This document shows, piece after piece, positions 58,855 through 64,000 of a stretch of 64,000 bases of DNA. The DNA is taken from positions 1,570 through 65,569 of the forward strand of contig CAXFAS010000005.1 of NCBI GenBank assembly GCA_964001175.1. Reading direction: 5' to 3'. The position numbers were made by a program, and so were the translations under genes. The notes beneath the pieces were generated by a model that made no database searches, was not told where the DNA came from, and worked only from the letters and a program-made list of their open reading frames with translations. Positions within the stretch are counted from its first letter, which is position 1. Each line of letters opens with the position of its first letter. The stretch is from an uncultured euryarchaeote. Lineage in GTDB: Archaea > Thermoplasmatota > Poseidoniia > Poseidoniales > Poseidoniaceae.

Positions 58855-59658
58855 ATGGAAGGTCCTAGTGTTCGAATAAATGCTGAAGTTTCAACCGATA
58901 ATGCCCTCGTAGTGGCTTGTTTCCCAAGTGTCGGCATGGTATCTAGTGTTGTTGCTCATTTTCTAATCGACCACTTGCAATTAGAATTTATAGGAGGCGT
59001 TGTCGATGCTAGATTACCAGCACTCACATTGGTCCAAGAAGGAGTTCCACTTCCGCCGATTAGAGCATATGCTGGAAAGCCACAATGCACAATCGAAGGC
59101 TGTGACCAAGTAATTTTATTGATGAGTGAATTAGTTGTTCCTGAGGCTCTTGCACATGATATTGTTTGGGCAATGTTTGAGTGGTCTAAAGAACAGAAAA
59201 TTGTTGCTGGTGTTGTTATTGATGCGTTTGCAAAAAGCGGTATGAAAGCCAATTTAAATGGTGCAGAACCAGTGATTGAATACGAAGATACTGAAGGCAT
59301 CGATATTGTTGGAATCGGTGCTAATGACAAGAGTAGAAAAATGCTTGAAGATATGAATATTCCTCTTTTACAACAAGGAGTTATCAAAGGCATTAATGCA
59401 TCTATTCTTGGTGAAGCACGCCGACGTGGTCTAGATTTGATGTCGATAATGGTTGAAGCTGATCCGCGTTTCCCCGATGCTAGAGCGGCTGCGACATTAA
59501 TCGAGCACTTGAATAATTTATTGCCAGCGATTGATTTACCTCATGAGCCTCTAATCCAAGAAGCTGAGTTCTTAGAAGCACAGTTACAATCTATGATGGA
59601 AGGAGCAAATATTGCAAGTCCTGAATCTAATGCTGGCAATTCAATGTTGTATGGATGA
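58855..59658 (+). CDS. PAC2-family proteasome assembly chaperone (second paralog)
   Basis: FPSVGMVS, PPIRAY, GVIKG, PDARAAA, MLYG end. Confidence 0.88.
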   Translation: MEGPSVRINAEVSTDNALVVACFPSVGMVSSVVAHFLIDHLQLEFIGGVVDARLPALTLVQEGVPLPPIRAYAGKPQCTIEGCDQVILLMSELVVPEALAHDIVWAMFEWSKEQKIVAGVVIDAFAKSGMKANLNGAEPVIEYEDTEGIDIVGIGANDKSRKMLEDMNIPLLQQGVIKGINASILGEARRRGLDLMSIMVEADPRFPDARAAATLIEHLNNLLPAIDLPHEPLIQEAEFLEAQLQSMMEGANIASPESNAGNSMLYG

Positions 59659-60219
59659 TCTTTTGACCATTCGCAAAATTGCAGTTAATGTTGATGCAAT
59701 TCCAGATAATAGAAGTAGTGAACTAATCGCTATGGGCATAAGTAATATTGATTCATAAGGAAGACTAAATATGTCAAGTAAAGATTCTCCACGGGAGAAT
59801 GTGCCACCTGCTGATGCCGTAAGTAACATCAATCCACTTGCAGACATTCCTGAAAATATTTGAATCAACATTGTTTTTCTTTGTTTTAGAATACTGGAGC
59901 CAAATTTCCATCTGACTATTAGTGCTGATATAGCTAAACCAAAACCAGTCATGGATAGAAACATTTTGTTGACTAAAATTGGTGTGGAAAAGCCCGAACC
60001 TGGTGATGCTGAAATACCACTGAAGATTGCAAATGGAGTTGCTAAAATTCCAAACAAGAGCGCAAAGTGAGCAACATTATCTGTAACTTGGATTAAATTA
60101 TTACTTTTGATAATTTCATATCTACAAAGGCCATGAAGCAAGAAGCATAATCCAGCCATAGCAAAAGAACCAACCACCAGTTCTGTTGTAATTACATGAA
60201 ATGTAGCCGAAGAAATCAT
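59641..60219 (-). CDS. Multi-pass membrane protein, DUF2231-like
   Basis: FHVITTELVVG, G...TPFAIFSG, TASAGG..S.G; ATGA overlap with upstream gene. Confidence 0.6.
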   Translation of the reverse strand: MISSATFHVITTELVVGSFAMAGLCFLLHGLCRYEIIKSNNLIQVTDNVAHFALLFGILATPFAIFSGISASPGSGFSTPILVNKMFLSMTGFGLAISALIVRWKFGSSILKQRKTMLIQIFSGMSASGLMLLTASAGGTFSRGESLLDIFSLPYESILLMPIAISSLLLLSGIASTLTAILRMVKRSSIQH

Positions 60220-61295
60220 TGGACTGCCTCCTGTTCATTGATGTATTCGTGACCATACCATTCCCACTGCTCCATCGTCCATCCAGGCGGCAATTGGCCA
60301 TTAGGCAATGGGGGAGGATTATTAGAGGAATTTTGTTCAATTATGGTTTCTGTTTGTTCCCACTGTTTCTCTTCGTTTATCTCTTTAAAATATCTTATCT
60401 GCAATGTTAGTACTATTCCAATCACAAAAATAAACAAAGCAAATGATTGGAGATAAACTGCTGCTTCATCTACCTCAAACGGAGGTTCTTGGGCGACTAA
60501 AGTAAACCAAGGAGTTGTTTGCGATGGCCCTTCACCATCTAAAATCGCTCTCCACTGTAATATTGAAGGTTGATTTGATGCAGGGACATTAAACTCCCAT
60601 GTTCCAATTTCAGAAGAGTTAGCAATCACTGTAGTCGTTGTACTACCTTCTATTTTCCATTCGATTAAAACACTAGATACCTCTTCAGTTTCAACTTTTA
60701 CTATTGTTTCTTCCCCTAGATCTCTGCTAGTTTGTGGAGTGAAATCTGCTGCTAATCTAGGTAAATTCTCTGGTATAGGAAGAACTTCTAGTTCAAAACC
60801 TTGGCTAATCCCGAAGTACGGGACGTCGTCTCCACCATGGTGAATAGATACATAGAACATAGTCGTGGTTAACTCGGTAGGTTTAATGGTCCAAGAAGCT
60901 GAAATATTGTTGGTTTCAACATCAATATTGCCTTCAAGATAGTTGTTTGTTCCTCCATTAGAATCTGATAAAACCTCCCAACCGGCGTCTCTAGGAGTAT
61001 CGCTATGACCTGTTGTATCGGTCAATAAAAACAGCCCAATTTTATCATAAATACTCAATTGTGAACCCGAGGCAACTGCATTGATAGAAATCGGTTGCTC
61101 AAGGTATGGAGTTCCTTCAATTTGAAATTCAATTAAAGCAGATGATGTCTGATTTAACGAAGAATCGCCATGGCAAGCCCCTCCACATTGCATATCAAAA
61201 ATACCATCTCCAACCCCACCAGGATTGGCTTGAGAAAAGGTACTAACAGAAAGTAGTATGCAGAATACTAGTAAGACTCTAAATCTTCTAAACAT
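60216..61295 (-). CDS. Membrane-anchored Reeler/choice-of-anchor-V-like protein with CGGACH motif
   Basis: Signal peptide, MQCGGACHG, C-terminal TM, LPPGWTMEQWEWYG tail. Confidence 0.7.
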   Translation of the reverse strand: MFRRFRVLLVFCILLSVSTFSQANPGGVGDGIFDMQCGGACHGDSSLNQTSSALIEFQIEGTPYLEQPISINAVASGSQLSIYDKIGLFLLTDTTGHSDTPRDAGWEVLSDSNGGTNNYLEGNIDVETNNISASWTIKPTELTTTMFYVSIHHGGDDVPYFGISQGFELEVLPIPENLPRLAADFTPQTSRDLGEETIVKVETEEVSSVLIEWKIEGSTTTTVIANSSEIGTWEFNVPASNQPSILQWRAILDGEGPSQTTPWFTLVAQEPPFEVDEAAVYLQSFALFIFVIGIVLTLQIRYFKEINEEKQWEQTETIIEQNSSNNPPPLPNGQLPPGWTMEQWEWYGHEYINEQEAVQ

Positions 61296-63824
61296 TCAAT
61301 CCCTCCTTTCAAAAAATACCATTGCAATACTGCCTAAACTAATCAAAATAAATACCAGTCCGGTGATTAATCCACCAGTCGTTGATACCTCATTCGATTT
61401 AGGATCAATTGATTCAACAATGAATCCTTCAACTGAAGTTGCACCTGAATTGAGAGTCTTATCCCCAATAATTGGTTTAACTGTATAATCTGTTGGTCCT
61501 GAAAGAAGCGGTGTATCGGTGAAGCCATATTCGCTGATAATTGAAAGTGAGTCTCCATTTCTGAATATTTCAAAGGTAGCCTCTGGCCCTTCCCAATTCC
61601 ATGATAATTGTACTTGTTCACCATCTCCTTGAGCCTTAAGTTGAGTAATCTTTGGTCCTGCTTCTGTTTGGAAATTAATTGAATCATCATCTATCGCCCC
61701 AAACTCATCCTCAACTATCAATCTTAACATAACATCTCCAATCGGTGAAAAAGAAAATGTCTCACCAGTGCCGCTGCCAGAATTGCCATTATTATCCCAC
61801 CATTGCCAAGAATATTTATCGATAAATCCGTCTAAATCAGTCGAGTTTTTGCCAGTTACTACAATCTCTTCATTGTCCCACAATTCTACACTTTCAATAT
61901 CTATTACAGCATTTGGCGGTAGATTTTCAACAACTAATTGAGAAGAAACTAGTGTGCCGTTAGATTCTCCATCACTTGGAATTACTTCGACAGACCATAC
62001 TTGTCCTGCTCCAATTAATTGTGAAGGGACTACTAACTGACCAGTAAGCGAGCCTTCCTTGAATCCGTTCCTAAACCAATTGATTTCATTAGAGACTGTA
62101 TCACCATCTTCATCGCTGTTCGAAATAGTCAAAATCATATCTTGAAGCGGCGTATGATTTAATTCCACAATCGAAATAGGTAAAGAGTTAGAAATCAATA
62201 CTGATGCAGACAATGAATCAATGCTAAAGTCTTGACCATCGTTAGCTTTAACGTAAACAGTCCAGTTATCTCCTTTGCTTGTTTGAGAACTTAAAAGATA
62301 CTCTTGGTTTTGTAAATTGGTTTGTTCTACACCGTTCTTGAACCACTTAACATCTGGAGAGGTTGGAGAATCTCCATCGGCATCGGTCATAGAGTAATTC
62401 ATACTGATATTCTGGGTTGTCGTGGTTTGTGAAAAGTCCAGTTCAACCATCTGAATAATTGGCTTTGAATTGATAATTGTAACTGATTGACTAGGTGTCC
62501 ATTGTGACCAATCGGTCCCATCATAAACCCTAACATGTGCTTTCCAATCTTGAGCCTTGGAAGTTTGTTCTGAAGGCAATGTAGTTTCTGTAAAGCCATT
62601 TACCAAATTTCCATTTAGATACCATTCGATTTGAGAATCAACAATGGAGTCACCATCAATATCATTCGAATTGAAACTTACCACTAATGAGTCCAATGTT
62701 GAGGGATTTAGTGGTTGTATTGAGATGGAGTCTACTGTTGGCTGATTATTCACTGGACCGCCTAAACCTATTGTTACTGTTTGAGAAGTTTTCCAAATTG
62801 TTGTATCTTCACCATCAGAAACTCTCACCTCAACATACCAATCATCACCATCTCTTGTTGCTAAAGAGGGGACTGTTGACTGGTCGTTTAATTCGCTCAT
62901 CAATTGACCATTTAGATACCATCTAATTTCGGTTGATATAGTATCTTGGTCTTCATCATTTGCATTAATCGAAAATGAAAGATCATCGTCAGATGATGGT
63001 TGTGTGGGCGATATACTTGGAGTTGAAAATGAAGGGGGAGTGTTTTGGATTGTAACTGTATTACTGGTAATCGTTGAACCTAAATCCTGCCCATCTGATG
63101 GAGTTATTTCAGCATACCACTGCTCATTTTTGCTAGTCAATGATGAAGAAACTATTTTCCCTGGGATTGTTCCTTGTTGAAGTGAAACTCCATCTTTGAA
63201 CCATGTGATTGTAGAGCCAGATTCAGGATCTCCATCAGGGTCTGAATAAGAATATGAGAGAGTTAGACTATCCGCGGTTCTAGCGTCTGTAGGAGTTAAC
63301 ATAACACCACTCGCAGAAGGAGGTTGATTCGTTGGAATATCTTCAGGAACTTGAAGGGTTAGAGTGCCCCACCTATCGCCAGAATCTGAACCATCTCCGT
63401 TCGAGGTCATGGCTGCTAATTGGAAGGTTACTGTCCCAGAACCAGAATTAGGTGCTGTCCAATCTAGACCCCAAGTTCTAGAGCTGCTGCCCGTAATAGA
63501 ATGTGTAGCGCTATCTCCTGCAGAATTAATATTCACTGCAAAGCCTAAGTAACTCATAGAACCTTTGTCAATATCTAGGCTAAAACCCCCACCTGAGCCT
63601 GAGACTCCTCCTGTAACCGATATTGTCAACTGATAACTTTGACCAGGAGTATACTTGGCAGGAGTGCCTGATAGAGAAGGTGTTGCTACATTTGAACCGC
63701 TTTGAGAATGACATCCACACCCAGTTCCAGAATTGAGTTTTCCGTTTTCTTTGCCCTCAGTTAATGGAATTACCGAAATTAAAAGAATCAACAAAACGGC
63801 ATAAACCATCTTGGAGTAGTTCAT
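61296..63824 (-). CDS. Large surface protein with Reeler-like N-terminus and Ig-like repeats
   Basis: GCGCH..YTPGQ.Y..GGF..WTAP..G.VTF..NGDG; repeated D.DGD...W..NG...W.V...DG units; C-terminal TM. Confidence 0.8.
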   Translation of the reverse strand: MNYSKMVYAVLLILLISVIPLTEGKENGKLNSGTGCGCHSQSGSNVATPSLSGTPAKYTPGQSYQLTISVTGGVSGSGGGFSLDIDKGSMSYLGFAVNINSAGDSATHSITGSSSRTWGLDWTAPNSGSGTVTFQLAAMTSNGDGSDSGDRWGTLTLQVPEDIPTNQPPSASGVMLTPTDARTADSLTLSYSYSDPDGDPESGSTITWFKDGVSLQQGTIPGKIVSSSLTSKNEQWYAEITPSDGQDLGSTITSNTVTIQNTPPSFSTPSISPTQPSSDDDLSFSINANDEDQDTISTEIRWYLNGQLMSELNDQSTVPSLATRDGDDWYVEVRVSDGEDTTIWKTSQTVTIGLGGPVNNQPTVDSISIQPLNPSTLDSLVVSFNSNDIDGDSIVDSQIEWYLNGNLVNGFTETTLPSEQTSKAQDWKAHVRVYDGTDWSQWTPSQSVTIINSKPIIQMVELDFSQTTTTQNISMNYSMTDADGDSPTSPDVKWFKNGVEQTNLQNQEYLLSSQTSKGDNWTVYVKANDGQDFSIDSLSASVLISNSLPISIVELNHTPLQDMILTISNSDEDGDTVSNEINWFRNGFKEGSLTGQLVVPSQLIGAGQVWSVEVIPSDGESNGTLVSSQLVVENLPPNAVIDIESVELWDNEEIVVTGKNSTDLDGFIDKYSWQWWDNNGNSGSGTGETFSFSPIGDVMLRLIVEDEFGAIDDDSINFQTEAGPKITQLKAQGDGEQVQLSWNWEGPEATFEIFRNGDSLSIISEYGFTDTPLLSGPTDYTVKPIIGDKTLNSGATSVEGFIVESIDPKSNEVSTTGGLITGLVFILISLGSIAMVFFERRD

Positions 63825-63892
63825 GGTTGTTGTAATCTCCCTTAGTATTGAAGGTTAACCCTAATTTGTTTGAATGACTACCGTATTTGATA

Positions 63893-64000
63893 TCAATTAT
63901 AGTCAAAGAGACTGCTTTGAATATTTTCAGAATCTGTATCTTTGGATGTATCAATTAAACTGTTTTGATTACAAACATTAAGCAAATCTTCTTCATTCCA
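63893..64000 (-). CDS. 3' end of a truncated CDS with a PIP-box-like tail
   Basis: Open frame WNEEDLLNVCNQNSLIDTSKDTDSENIQSSLFDYN* running from the window edge. Confidence 0.6.
   Translation of the reverse strand, partial: WNEEDLLNVCNQNSLIDTSKDTDSENIQSSLFDYN

Noticed and set aside
60240-60300. Canonical WW domain
   Set aside because: Lacks the YY.N...T.W..P spacing of WW domains
63874-63981. 35-codon plus-strand ORF
   Set aside because: No RBS and antisense to a better supported minus-strand gene end

Overview
AT-rich, gene-dense archaeal chromosomal segment. TFB, Topo VI A/B, Rpo12, Trm1, archaeal pantoate kinase and phosphopantothenate synthetase, PAC2 chaperones and GGAGG/GGTG ribosome-binding sites show it is archaeal. 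Large secreted PKD/CARDB/VWA/Reeler proteins and bacterial-type LeuRS, RNase HI and acyltransferase suggest Marine Group II (Poseidoniales); this lineage call is inference. About 65 CDS and three tRNAs (Arg-CCT, Asp-GTC, Arg-GCG) are present; no rRNA, CRISPR array, integrase or transposase was seen. Two genes are missed or truncated by the ORF track: rpo12 and a GtrA gene with an apparent ATA start. The main candidate for an undescribed system is 41140..41778 (-): three diverged head-to-tail ubiquitin-like units, each ending VGG, with the last capped by a single Asn, the layout of a eukaryotic polyubiquitin precursor. Other leads are a Reeler/heme-motif surface operon, an SdhA-like flavoprotein lacking all catalytic residues, an adducin-like aldolase with a disordered Pro-Ser arm, a CDIN1/C15orf41 nuclease homolog and a Gpt2/Sct1-type acyltransferase. 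All product calls come from motif recognition by eye; no database search was run.
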